DNA of 32,000 nucleotides from Ignicoccus hospitalis KIN4/I. Its GTDB lineage: Archaea; Thermoproteota; Thermoprotei_A; Sulfolobales; Ignicoccaceae. Below are positions 15,839 through 24,434 of this stretch, one piece after another. Positions within the stretch are counted from its first letter, which is position 1, and every line of letters starts with the position of its first letter. The translations under genes were made by a program, and so were the position numbers. The notes beneath the pieces were generated by a model, which saw only the letters and a program-made list of their open reading frames with translations, had not been told where the DNA came from and ran no database searches. The stretch is from positions 1,170,001-1,202,000 of the forward strand of contig NC_009776.1 in the NCBI RefSeq assembly GCF_000017945.1, written 5' to 3'.

Positions 15839-16856
15839 TTTGGTTCCCAAACTTTTTCGCCAAGCTCTCAGAAGCCTCGTAGAACAGCTTCATCTCCTCC
15901 TCGCTCCCAACGCTTACCCTAAACCAATCCTCTCCGAGAGGTACCTTCCTCACCATTATACCCATCTTCCTAAACTCGTCCACCACCCCTTTGAAAGCCC
16001 TCACCAAGACGAAGTTGGTATAGCTCTCGAAGACCTTCCAACCCAACGACTCCAACTTGTCCTTCATCCTCTTCTTCTCTTCGTTTACATAATTTATGTA
16101 GTCCCTCGAGTACGACGGGTCGCTGAGCGCCGCTAGGGCCGCCTCAACGGTCACGGAAGGTATGTCGTACGGCAAAACCATCTTCGACACTTCCGTAACG
16201 TTCTCCGGACTCGATATTAGGAAACCTATCCTGAAGCCGGCCAAAGCAAATGCCTTGCTTAGAGTTCTAGTCACGAATAAGTTGTCATACTCAGTGACGA
16301 ATGGCGTCAAGCTGAAGGGGGCGAACTCGGCATAAGCCTCGTCAACCAGGACGGAGGGGAAGGCCCCGCTCAAGCGGTCCAGCTGTTCGGGACTCAACAG
16401 CAAGGAGCCGGTAGGGTTGTTGGGAGTGTCTATCACTGCGATGTCGGCTTTAGTCGATAGGAAGTCGTCCAAGTTAAGGACGAACTTATCGCCCTCGATC
16501 TGTAAGTTAGAATACAGCAAGGTCGCCCCCGCGGCCCCCAAGAGGGGAGGGTAGGCTTGGAAGCTCGGGTAGGGTAGCCTCGCCGAGCCCTTGAGGGCGC
16601 AGCACTCGAAGGTTAAGCGGAGGGCGCTGTCGGAGCCTAAGGTGGGGAGCACCCACTCAGGCCCCGGAACCCCGTAATACCTAGCGGCGACCTCCCTTAG
16701 TTTCCACAGCCTCTCCGGGTCCGGGTACAAGTTGCCGGCCTCCGCGGCCTTCAAGGCTGCCTCTATTACGCGCCGGGGAGGGGGGTTGGGGTTCTCGTTT
16801 AAGTGCAACCTCGCCCTAATGCTCTTAGGCTTCTGGGGCAAGTGGTAGGTCTTCAT
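15822..16856 (-). CDS. hisC: histidinol-phosphate aminotransferase-like PLP-dependent aminotransferase
   Basis: LHLNENPNPPP, LPTLGSDSALRLTF, AVIDTPNNPTG, VLVDEAYAEF and VTRTLSKAFALAGFRIGFL. Start re-assigned to ATG at 16856. Confidence 0.9.
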   Translation of the reverse strand: MKTYHLPQKPKSIRARLHLNENPNPPPRRVIEAALKAAEAGNLYPDPERLWKLREVAARYYGVPGPEWVLPTLGSDSALRLTFECCALKGSARLPYPSFQAYPPLLGAAGATLLYSNLQIEGDKFVLNLDDFLSTKADIAVIDTPNNPTGSLLLSPEQLDRLSGAFPSVLVDEAYAEFAPFSLTPFVTEYDNLFVTRTLSKAFALAGFRIGFLISSPENVTEVSKMVLPYDIPSVTVEAALAALSDPSYSRDYINYVNEEKKRMKDKLESLGWKVFESYTNFVLVRAFKGVVDEFRKMGIMVRKVPLGEDWFRVSVGSEEEMKLFYEASESLAKKFGNQITPSA

Positions 16857-16956
16857 CTCCCGTAGCCATTCTCTCTTAAGACATTTCACCGTGTTTCCCA
16901 CCCGAGGTGGGGTGGGGGTAAAATAAGGGGGCCTTGTAATGGTTCCGGGGAAGTAG

Positions 16957-17418
16957 TTGGTTTGTATAGGCGTGGTCGACACCACGTTCTCCAGGGTAGA
17001 CATGGCGAAGTACGCAATTGAGGTGTTAAGGAAGAAGGTTCCGGCCTTGAAGGTGAAGAGGTACACCGTCCCCGGGATAAAGGACGTGGCCGTAGCCGCG
17101 AAGAGGCTTTTGGACGAGGGTTGCGACGGAGTAATAACGTTGGGGTGGGTGGGCCCCACCATGACGGACAAGTTCTCTTACCTAGCCTACAGCATCGCCC
17201 TCCAAATGCTCCAAATAAACTACGGAAAACACATAATAGATGTAACTGTGCACGAGGACGAGACCGACGACCCGCGGAAGCTGAAGGAAATAGCCGTACA
17301 GAGGGCAAAGGAACACGCGGAGAACTTAGCCCTCTTGATCCTTAAGGGGCCCCAAGCCCTCACCGGCCTCGCGGGAACCGGACAGAGGCAAGGCTGGCCC
17401 GACGTCGGACCTTTGTGA
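16957..17418 (+). CDS. ribC: archaeal-type riboflavin synthase
   Basis: CIGVVDTTFSRVDMAKYAIEVL, KRYTVPGIKDVAVAAKRLL.EGCDGVITLGWVG and LAGTGQRQGWPDVGP are typical of the archaeal (lumazine-synthase-like) riboflavin synthase family. Confidence 0.88.
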   Translation: MVCIGVVDTTFSRVDMAKYAIEVLRKKVPALKVKRYTVPGIKDVAVAAKRLLDEGCDGVITLGWVGPTMTDKFSYLAYSIALQMLQINYGKHIIDVTVHEDETDDPRKLKEIAVQRAKEHAENLALLILKGPQALTGLAGTGQRQGWPDVGPL

Positions 17419-18444
17419 GGCCAAGAAAGCTATGACGACCGCCTCCAAGGCGGCGGCCACGGCCGTTTCCGTGGAGAGGACCGCCCCCGGGGCCACGTCG
17501 ACCACGAAGTCCGCAAACTTGTATAAGCCCATGGGTACTCCTTTCCTAGACCCTAGGACTAGGTAGACCCTCCTAGCCTTCCTCAAGGCCCTTCCTAGAT
17601 CTTCCATTACTTCTTCGAAGCTCTTGCCTTCTGGCTCGAATACCACAACTAAGTCCTTCTTCCCCCTCGAAGCTACTAAATGGTACATGTCAAACACCTT
17701 TATTTGCAACCTATTAGCCTTACCCTCGCTCTTCTCCCTCTGCCTCCTCCTGGACTCGGCCCCCTCCCTAACCCCTCTCAAGAACTCCGCCAGCTGGTCG
17801 CCGTCGGCCTCCTCAGTGAGGGCGGCGTAGTACGTCCCGACGCCGAAGCTCTGTAGCACCCTCCCGACTCTCTTGGACACCTCCTTGACGCCCTCCAAAG
17901 GGCCTAAGTAGGGCTCTTGGACGACTACCACCTTTCTAATGACTTCTGACACGTCTACCTTTCCTTTCTTTTTCTTTAACGCGTAATACTCGGGAGGGAC
18001 TATAGAAACGAAGGCTCTATCTCCCACTATCTCTACCATAAGCACCGCCTCTGGGTCGGAAAGGTCTACTTCGGCGTCTACCTTGGACAGTACGACGGAC
18101 CCCAGCTCCGCGTTCACTTGAACCGAAGTGAATGGGTGTTTTCCCCTCCTCACGGTCCTTACGGCAAACCTCTTACCTTTCAGTCTACTGGCCATCTCTT
18201 CCGCAACTCTCTTCAGCTCGTTCAGATCGGCCCTAACGCACCTTTCGGCCTTCATTACCCTAATGACTTCCGGTACTTTGGAAACTACTTGAAAGGCCTT
18301 CTCGAAGTCCTCACACTCCTCTATTAGAATGAGGCCCTTGAACCCCATAGGGGCCGGGACTACCTTCTTACACGGCACCCTGAGTACGTTAGCTACGTAC
18401 TTTTCCATGCCAATATCGGTCTTCGCCAGTATGGCGCACGTCAA
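17326..18444 (-). CDS. THUMP domain protein with C-terminal SPOUT-like RNA methyltransferase domain
   Basis: N-terminal KRFAVRTVRRGKHPFTSVQVNAELGSVV is THUMP-like; C-terminal RRVYLVLGSRKGVPMGLYKFADFVVDVAPGAVLSTETAVAAALEAV is SPOUT-like. Confidence 0.75.
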   Translation of the reverse strand: MTCAILAKTDIGMEKYVANVLRVPCKKVVPAPMGFKGLILIEECEDFEKAFQVVSKVPEVIRVMKAERCVRADLNELKRVAEEMASRLKGKRFAVRTVRRGKHPFTSVQVNAELGSVVLSKVDAEVDLSDPEAVLMVEIVGDRAFVSIVPPEYYALKKKKGKVDVSEVIRKVVVVQEPYLGPLEGVKEVSKRVGRVLQSFGVGTYYAALTEEADGDQLAEFLRGVREGAESRRRQREKSEGKANRLQIKVFDMYHLVASRGKKDLVVVFEPEGKSFEEVMEDLGRALRKARRVYLVLGSRKGVPMGLYKFADFVVDVAPGAVLSTETAVAAALEAVVIAFLASQRSDVGPALPLSGSREAGEGLGPLKDQEG

Positions 18445-18455
18445 AGCGATACCCC

Positions 18456-19682
18456 TTGAGCCGCGCTGCGGAGGGACAACGAAAAATAGTGAACCCCCGA
18501 GGAGCGGCGTGGGGCCACACGATATTGTTGGAAAAGCTCCCGCTGATTATATTTATTTTAAGCATGGCCATAACTGTGTTCGCGCCTCAGTACTCCGTAC
18601 CCCTTTGGTTGCTCCTCTTTGCCTTGGGCCTCAAGTATAACAAGCAGTTGACCTTGAAGGTGGCGAGCCGCCTAGCAGATGCGGCTCTGGTCTTGTTAAT
18701 AGTCCTAATAATCACTGTGGCTATGTTTGGAGGTCTCATAGCGGAGATCAAGAAGCAGATGATAGAGGACGAGGTAAAGAGGTGGGTGATGAGTCAGCCC
18801 CAACTGGTCCAGAAGCTGGGAGAGAAAGTTAAGGATTTCATAAAGGAACAAGTGGAAGAGAGGATCAAGGCCGAGGGCCTCGACAAGCCGTGGTACGCTA
18901 ACTTGCTCTATTACTTGTCTACCGTAGTAACGTTAGACATGAGGAGCCACGTGCTCCGCTCTAATACCGGCTCCCAGCTGGTTAAAGACATTATAATGGA
19001 AAGGCTCCCGAGGACCGTGCTCTTGTTTACGACCGCCACAGTGATCTCAGCCCTCATTGGAATACTGTTAGGGTTGGTGGCGGCCTACAAGAGGGGGAGC
19101 GTCGTGGACAAGCTGGTGACTGTGGCCGCTCTAATTTCAGCTAGCTTTCCCATGTGGTGGATCGGCATGATCATGATAGAAGTATTCTCGTACGCGTTGG
19201 GGGTTTTCCCCTCCGGAGGCATGACCAGCGTGCCCCCTCCCAGCGACCCGATCGCTTACGTGGCCGACGTGCTCTACCACATGTCACTCCCGCTGTTAAC
19301 CATAGTGTTGGTAAGTGTGGGCGGGTGGGCTTACGTCACTAGGAGCATCTTGGTGGGGGCTACAAAGGAGGACTTCGTCTTGGCCGCCAAGGCCAGAGGG
19401 CTCGCGGAGAGGACGGTCCTCTTAAGGCACGTGTTGAGGCCTTCGATACCCCCAATCCTAACTATGATAGCCTTGAGCTTGGTCGCCTCTTTGAGCGGAG
19501 CCATAATCACCGAGATAGTGTTCAACTGGCCCGGCATGGGGCTGCTCTACTGGGAGGCGATAGAGACCCTCGACGTTCCCGTCATACTCGGCTTGACGTA
19601 CATATTTACGTTAGTTTTCGTAATAGCTATGGTAATATTAGATGTGATGTACATAGTCTTAGATCCTAGGGTGAGGTGGTGA
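18456..19682 (+). CDS. peptide ABC transporter permease (DppB-like) with long N-terminal extension
   Basis: Binding-protein-dependent permease EAA-loop region VLAAKARGLAERTVLLRHVLRPSIPPILTMIALSLVASLSGAIITEIVFNWPGMG. A start at ATG 18564 is an alternative. Confidence 0.9.
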   Translation: MSRAAEGQRKIVNPRGAAWGHTILLEKLPLIIFILSMAITVFAPQYSVPLWLLLFALGLKYNKQLTLKVASRLADAALVLLIVLIITVAMFGGLIAEIKKQMIEDEVKRWVMSQPQLVQKLGEKVKDFIKEQVEERIKAEGLDKPWYANLLYYLSTVVTLDMRSHVLRSNTGSQLVKDIIMERLPRTVLLFTTATVISALIGILLGLVAAYKRGSVVDKLVTVAALISASFPMWWIGMIMIEVFSYALGVFPSGGMTSVPPPSDPIAYVADVLYHMSLPLLTIVLVSVGGWAYVTRSILVGATKEDFVLAAKARGLAERTVLLRHVLRPSIPPILTMIALSLVASLSGAIITEIVFNWPGMGLLYWEAIETLDVPVILGLTYIFTLVFVIAMVILDVMYIVLDPRVRW

Positions 19683-19688
19683 AGGGCT

Positions 19689-21011
19689 TTGAACGAGTTC
19701 TTGAAGGAGCTGTTGTCCCAGAGCTCCGGCCTCTTCGGTACGCTAACCTTTGTCGTGTTGTTGGCGCTGGCCCTCTACTCGTTAACGGCCTTCAGCGGCT
19801 ACGAGAGGCTCTGGAGGAACACGACGTTTTGGTCCGTTTACCCCTCTGCGGTACCGCCGAGCTGGTTCGGCCAGATGTTCTACCCAGACAAGGTGGTCCC
19901 AACCTTCGAAACCGCGCCAACTCACGAAACGCTTAAGGTAATGTACGGCGGGAGGGTCTCTAACGTTACCGAGGAATACGAGCTGAGTTACCGCTACGGA
20001 GGCGTTCCCAATGACATAAAGCTCATACTCAAGGTAAGTTACGAGACCCCTCCGGCAGTAGTAGTTAAGGTGGTAAGGCCGGACGGAGAGGAGGTGAAGC
20101 TCCTACAAGCGAGCGCCCGCGACCTACCGTCCACCATTTCGTTCAACAACTATGACGAGATAAAGAACAACGTCTACCGTTGGGCCTCTAGGTCGGACGT
20201 GCCGGTCACCCAGCTCTTGTTCACGGATAGAGAAGGGAAGGTCCTAAAGGGTAACTACAAGATCATTGTCAACGTGATCGGTTTGGGGAGAGTCAACGTC
20301 ACGAGCAAGCTGATACTGGACGGCAATGTTTACGGGCTTATGGGGACCGACGTCTTCGGGCGCGACGTTTTTACCTTCACTATGATAGGCCTTCCGTACG
20401 GCTTGTTAATAGGAGTGCTGACGAGCTTGATCGCGGCCCTCTGGGGGACCGTTTACGGTTTGGTGAGCGCTTACGTCGGCGGGAAGGTGGACAAGGTCAT
20501 GCAAAGGCTCTTAGAGACTTGGTATTCAATACCGCCCTTGCCGCTCTTGATACTTCTGGCCATAATATACAAACCCAGCTTGATCGTAATAATATTATTG
20601 ATCGCCGTATTCTCGTGGATGGGCGTTGCTAAGGTAGTTAGATCAATGGTCCTCAGCATTAAGAACGAAGGCTACGTCCTGGCCGCCAAGGCCGCCGGCG
20701 CGGGGCCCTTCTGGATAATGTTCAAACACGTCTTGCCCCAAGTAATGCCCTACACCGCCGCCCAAGTGGCCTTGGGCGTGCCAGGGGCGATCCTCACGGA
20801 GGTCTCGCTCGACTTCTTGGGCTTGGGCGACCCCAACGTGCCCACGTGGGGGTGGATGCTCCACGACGCCCAAGTTTACGGGGCCAGCGTGAGCGGCTAC
20901 TGGTGGTGGATACTACCGCCCGGCTTGATGGTGGCTCTGGTGGCGCTGAGCTTCGCAATGATAGGTCACGCGATGGATGTGATACTAAATCCGAAGCTGA
21001 AGGAGGTGTAA
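19689..21011 (+). CDS. peptide ABC transporter permease (DppC-like)
   Basis: GTDVFGRDVFTFTMIGLPYGLLIG, VLAAKAAGAGPFWIMFKHVLPQVMPYTAAQ and EVSLDFLGLGDPNVPTWGWML. Confidence 0.94.
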   Translation: MNEFLKELLSQSSGLFGTLTFVVLLALALYSLTAFSGYERLWRNTTFWSVYPSAVPPSWFGQMFYPDKVVPTFETAPTHETLKVMYGGRVSNVTEEYELSYRYGGVPNDIKLILKVSYETPPAVVVKVVRPDGEEVKLLQASARDLPSTISFNNYDEIKNNVYRWASRSDVPVTQLLFTDREGKVLKGNYKIIVNVIGLGRVNVTSKLILDGNVYGLMGTDVFGRDVFTFTMIGLPYGLLIGVLTSLIAALWGTVYGLVSAYVGGKVDKVMQRLLETWYSIPPLPLLILLAIIYKPSLIVIILLIAVFSWMGVAKVVRSMVLSIKNEGYVLAAKAAGAGPFWIMFKHVLPQVMPYTAAQVALGVPGAILTEVSLDFLGLGDPNVPTWGWMLHDAQVYGASVSGYWWWILPPGLMVALVALSFAMIGHAMDVILNPKLKEV

Positions 21012-21014
21012 ACC

Positions 21015-21980
21015 GTGCTAAAGGTGGAGGACCTCAAGGTGTATTACTACACGCACAGGGGAGTGGTCAAAGCCGTGGACGGCGTCAGTTTCGAGTTGAA
21101 GAAGGGGGAGAGTTTGGGAATAGCTGGGGAGAGCGGCTGCGGGAAGAGCACCACGGGCATGGCGATAATGAGGCTCATCGAGAGGCCCGGGAAGGTGGTC
21201 GGGGGCAAGGTCCTCTTGGACGGCGTGGACTTGTTGAGCATGGACTACGAGAGCTTCAGAAAGGAGGTGAGGTGGAAGAGGATAAGTATGGTCTTCCAAG
21301 GGGCCATGAACAGTTTGACGCCGGTATATACGGTATATCAACACTTCAAGGAGACCTTGAAGGCCCACGGGATGTTTGAGAGCGACGACGTGGCCAGGTC
21401 TTTGACGGAAAGGTTGTTGAAAATGGTCTCCCTGCCCCCGGAGGTAGCGGACCGCTATCCCCACCAGCTCTCGGGAGGTCAGAAGCAGAGGGTGGCGATA
21501 GCGCTCTCGCTCCTCCTCGACCCGGACTACGTGATAGCCGACGAGCCCACCACAGCGCTAGACGTGGTCGTTCAAGCCCAAATAATAAACTTGATGAAGA
21601 AGTTACAAACGAAGAAGGGTCTCAGCATCATTCTGATAAGCCACGACTTGGGCGTCTTGAGCGCGTTGAGCGACAAACTCATGATAATGTATGCCGGGAA
21701 GGTAGTCGAGTACGGCAGGGCAGACAAAGTTCTGAAGAACCCCGCCCACCCCTACACCAAACTCTTGTTGGAGTCCACGCCCCGCCTCAGAGGAGGGGAG
21801 CTGAAGTGGATCCCCGGTAGCCCGCCGGACTTGGTGAACCCCCCTCCCGGCTGTCGCTTCCACCCGCGCTGTCCCTTGAGGTCGGAAGTCTGCGAGAGGG
21901 AGGAACCCAAGGCGGTTGAGGTAGAACACGAACACTGGGCAGCGTGCCACCACCTCGAGCCCTTTGGGGGCCCAAAGTAA
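21015..21980 (+). CDS. peptide ABC transporter ATP-binding protein (DppD-like)
   Basis: GIAGESGCGKSTTGMAIMRLI, LSGGQKQRVAIALSLLLDPDYVIADEPTTALDV and a C-terminal PPGCRFHPRCP motif. Confidence 0.94.
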   Translation: MLKVEDLKVYYYTHRGVVKAVDGVSFELKKGESLGIAGESGCGKSTTGMAIMRLIERPGKVVGGKVLLDGVDLLSMDYESFRKEVRWKRISMVFQGAMNSLTPVYTVYQHFKETLKAHGMFESDDVARSLTERLLKMVSLPPEVADRYPHQLSGGQKQRVAIALSLLLDPDYVIADEPTTALDVVVQAQIINLMKKLQTKKGLSIILISHDLGVLSALSDKLMIMYAGKVVEYGRADKVLKNPAHPYTKLLLESTPRLRGGELKWIPGSPPDLVNPPPGCRFHPRCPLRSEVCEREEPKAVEVEHEHWAACHHLEPFGGPK

Positions 21981-22120
21981 CAAGGGCGTATATTAAGTTC
22001 CGGAAGGTTGTAGCAAACGAGAGTTGAGACACATGATAGTTTTAGTAGAGGTTGAAGTTCCGGAGGGGGAAGCGGAGTTTTGGTTTTCCGATTTGGAAGT
22101 TCGGGGCTGTAAATTTCGTG

Positions 22121-22213
22121 TGGTGGGGCCGCGGGGATTTGAACCCCGGACTACCGCCTCTCCCAGCTCAGGGCTCGTAAGGGCGGCGTCCTTCCGGGCT
22201 AGACGACGGCCCC
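22121..22213 (-). tRNA. tRNA-Val (UAC) with 16-nt intron, CCA encoded
   Basis: Reverse complement GGGGCCGUCGUCUAGCCCGGAAGGACGCCGCCCUUACG[AGCCCUGAGCUGGGAG]AGGCGGUAGUCCGGGGUUCAAAUCCCCGCGGCCCCACCA; exons match tRNA-Val(GAC) outside the anticodon loop. Confidence 0.94.
22160..22175 (-). other. archaeal tRNA intron at position 37/38
   Basis: Removing AGCCCUGAGCUGGGAG restores a 7-nt loop CUUACGA on a CCGCC/GGCGG stem. CUUA of the loop can pair (with G-U) with UGGG of the intron, as in a relaxed bulge-helix-bulge. Confidence 0.85.
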
Positions 22214-22298
22214 GAAGCCTCCGGGGGGCCTTCCGGATAGTGAATTAAAAGTTTTGCGGCTCAGCCGGTTGATCCCTCGTCATTAGTTTTTCGGCGAC

Positions 22299-22910
22299 CT
22301 AAAGCACGTCTTCATCGCCGAGCGTTATTATGCGGTCCGCCACTTCCCTGGGCTCTTGTAAGTGAGTAGCCCATAAGACCGTTGCTCCTACGGACTTGGA
22401 GTACCTCGCCACGAGCTCGGCTATCTCCGACCGGCCCTCTTTGTCTACGCCGGCGAGGGGCTCGTCCAGAAGCCACGCCCTCTTACCGCTAAGGAGGACC
22501 AGCGCCAAGCTGAGCCTCTTCAGCTGACCCCCGGAGAGCTCCCCGACCCTTTTGTCGAGGAGCTTGTTCAACCCCAACGCCTCGAGGACCTCTTCGTCGT
22601 ACTTGTTGATCATGCTCAACGCCTCCTCGACCCTCAAGTTAGGCACCGCGAGGCCGGACTGGGGCAAGTAGGCCAAGCCCCTCTTCTCCGGGGGGAGGCC
22701 TTTGGTCCCGTTTTGGACCACCTTGCCGTCCACCTCTATATACCCGGAGCAGTTGTTTCCGCCGGCTATACACCTCAACAAGCTGCTCTTCCCGACGCCG
22801 TTGGGCCCCACGAGGAGCGTTACCCCCTCCGCACGCAAGCTCAAGTCTTTGAACAACACGACCCTTCCGTACCTTATCGTAACGTCCCTTGCGACGATCA
22901 ACTCTCCCAC
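22299..22910 (-). CDS. ABC transporter ATP-binding protein, molybdate/tungstate-type, lacking a C-terminal regulatory domain
   Basis: LLVGPNGVGKSSLLRCIAG and LSGGQLKRLSLALVLLSGKRAWLLDEPLAG. The ORF ends soon after the ATPase core (203 aa). Confidence 0.85.
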   Translation of the reverse strand: MGELIVARDVTIRYGRVVLFKDLSLRAEGVTLLVGPNGVGKSSLLRCIAGGNNCSGYIEVDGKVVQNGTKGLPPEKRGLAYLPQSGLAVPNLRVEEALSMINKYDEEVLEALGLNKLLDKRVGELSGGQLKRLSLALVLLSGKRAWLLDEPLAGVDKEGRSEIAELVARYSKSVGATVLWATHLQEPREVADRIITLGDEDVL

Positions 22911-23638
22911 CTCTTGGAGAGCGACAGTAAAGCGAAGCCGAGAAAGGAGGCCAACGTTATTAGAGCTATCATCTTTTCTAAGTTTCCTGAACTCATATTG
23001 AGGTATATAGCTATTGGAAGCGTTTCCGTCTTAAATCTTATTGAGCCGGCCAAGGTTACTGTCGCTCCGAACTCTGCCAAAGACCTCGTAAAGACCAAGA
23101 CCGAAGAAGATTTTAGTGTATTTGAAATAGAGGGCAATATAATTTTCTTAAATAAGCAAAAGTTGGTGCAACCTAACGTCCTCGCCATAAGCAAGACGTC
23201 TTCGTGTAAGCCCCTCATGGCGGACCTCAACGGCTTTAAGGCGAGCGGGAAGGTGACAGAGGCTTGTGCAATTATTATCCCTGGCACACTGAACACTATG
23301 GGGATTACGCTGTCCACCAGCTGACCTATGGGCGTACGGGAGAAGAAGATCAGTAGGAGAGCGCCCACTGCGACCGGAGGCAGGGCGTTGGGGGCGCTTA
23401 ACAAGGCCTCTACCAAACCGCTCCCCGCGAAGCCGCGCGACAAGGAGTAGGCCGTAGGGAGCGCTAGGCTCAATACTAAAGCGGTGGAAACCAAAGAGGT
23501 TGCCAAGCTTAGCCAAACGGCGAACAAGACCTCCCTGTCCCCCATCTCCTCCAAGACCTTAGTTGGAGGCACCACCGCGAAGGGGGACAACATTATCAAA
23601 GTCCCCAAGAGGGCCAAAGCTATCGCCACCGCCTTCAT
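22898..23638 (-). CDS. molybdate/tungstate ABC transporter permease
   Basis: LALPTAYSLSRGF..., LMARTLGCTNFCLFKKIILPSISNTLKSSSVLVFTRSLAEFGATVTLAG is typical of ModB/WtpB permeases. Confidence 0.87.
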   Translation of the reverse strand: MKAVAIALALLGTLIMLSPFAVVPPTKVLEEMGDREVLFAVWLSLATSLVSTALVLSLALPTAYSLSRGFAGSGLVEALLSAPNALPPVAVGALLLIFFSRTPIGQLVDSVIPIVFSVPGIIIAQASVTFPLALKPLRSAMRGLHEDVLLMARTLGCTNFCLFKKIILPSISNTLKSSSVLVFTRSLAEFGATVTLAGSIRFKTETLPIAIYLNMSSGNLEKMIALITLASFLGFALLSLSKRWES

Positions 23639-23642
23639 CCTC

Positions 23643-24422
23643 TCACCTCGGCGGCGAGTAGCCGTACTCTCGGCACTTCTCGAGGGCTTCCTTAGATGTG
23701 ATGAACTTTACAAACAACTTTGCCAAACCCAAGTTTTTAGTACTCTTAAGTACAGCAACTTCTATACACGGCTCGTAGGGGCCGGCGAGGTCGAGCGGCA
23801 CGGCCTTAAGCTTGCCGGGGTACCAGCGAGCCGCTACGTCCCAGCCCAAGGCAGCCTCCGCCTTTCCTACGAGCAGTGCTGCAATCAGCTTGGAGAAGTT
23901 CTCAGTATAGCCAACTACCTTCTTTGAGATTTTCTCCCACAAGCCCTCCTTAGCTAAAGCGTACTTGAAGAACTTGCCCACCGCACAGCCTTCGGGGTCA
24001 CACATCAGTATTCTGATGCCCCTCTTTATTAAATCATCAAGGCCCGATACGTTAACGTCTTTCGGAACCAAGATTGCTGGCCTCATACAAGCTACGTACG
24101 ACACCGTCTCTGGGTACACCAAGCCGTACTCCACTGCCTTGTTCATGTAAGGCGGGGTGGCGCTCCCCAGGACGTCCCCCCTCTCGGACACGTAAGCTTG
24201 TTGCAACAACCTCCCCGAAGAGCCGTAGACCGCCTCCACCTCCACCCCGTACCTCTTCTCAAACAGCGGGATCAGCTCTTGCCAAACCCTCTTCCCCGCC
24301 GCCGGCAGAAAGACGAGCAAGGTCTTCTTTGAGCTATTGTTAATAACGTGAGTGGCCAGCGCTACGACGCTGAGGCCGAAGATAAAGAGGGCTACGGTCA
24401 TCGTAAGCGCGCGTTTGTTCAA
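23643..24422 (-). CDS. molybdate/tungstate-type substrate-binding protein
   Basis: Hydrophobic N-terminus, FLPAAGKRVWQELIPLFEKRYGVEVEAVYGSSGRLLQQAY, and PEGCAVGKFFKYALAKEGLW, a ModA/WtpA-like pattern. Confidence 0.85.
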   Translation of the reverse strand: MNKRALTMTVALFIFGLSVVALATHVINNSSKKTLLVFLPAAGKRVWQELIPLFEKRYGVEVEAVYGSSGRLLQQAYVSERGDVLGSATPPYMNKAVEYGLVYPETVSYVACMRPAILVPKDVNVSGLDDLIKRGIRILMCDPEGCAVGKFFKYALAKEGLWEKISKKVVGYTENFSKLIAALLVGKAEAALGWDVAARWYPGKLKAVPLDLAGPYEPCIEVAVLKSTKNLGLAKLFVKFITSKEALEKCREYGYSPPR

Positions 24423-24434
24423 ACCAATTCCCGT

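Noticed and set aside
16857-17171. N-terminal extension of the HisC ORF (MSVMVGPTHPNVITPSQP...)
   Set aside because: Antisense to the riboflavin synthase gene; the conserved aminotransferase sequence starts after ATG 16856.
17121-17345. Numerous ORFs antisense or out of frame to conserved genes (e.g. 626-853 -, 6485-6838 +, 13273-13605 +, 20846-21379 +, 29210-29629 +)
   Set aside because: High-GC archaeal coding DNA yields long spurious frames opposite genes with clear homology; their Arg/Gly/His-rich low-complexity translations look non-coding.
22024-22248. 74-aa ORF across the tRNA-Val(UAC)
   Set aside because: The second half is the antisense tRNA artefact VGPRGFEPRT, so the full ORF is not supported; only the pre-tRNA part is discussed as a possible fragment.
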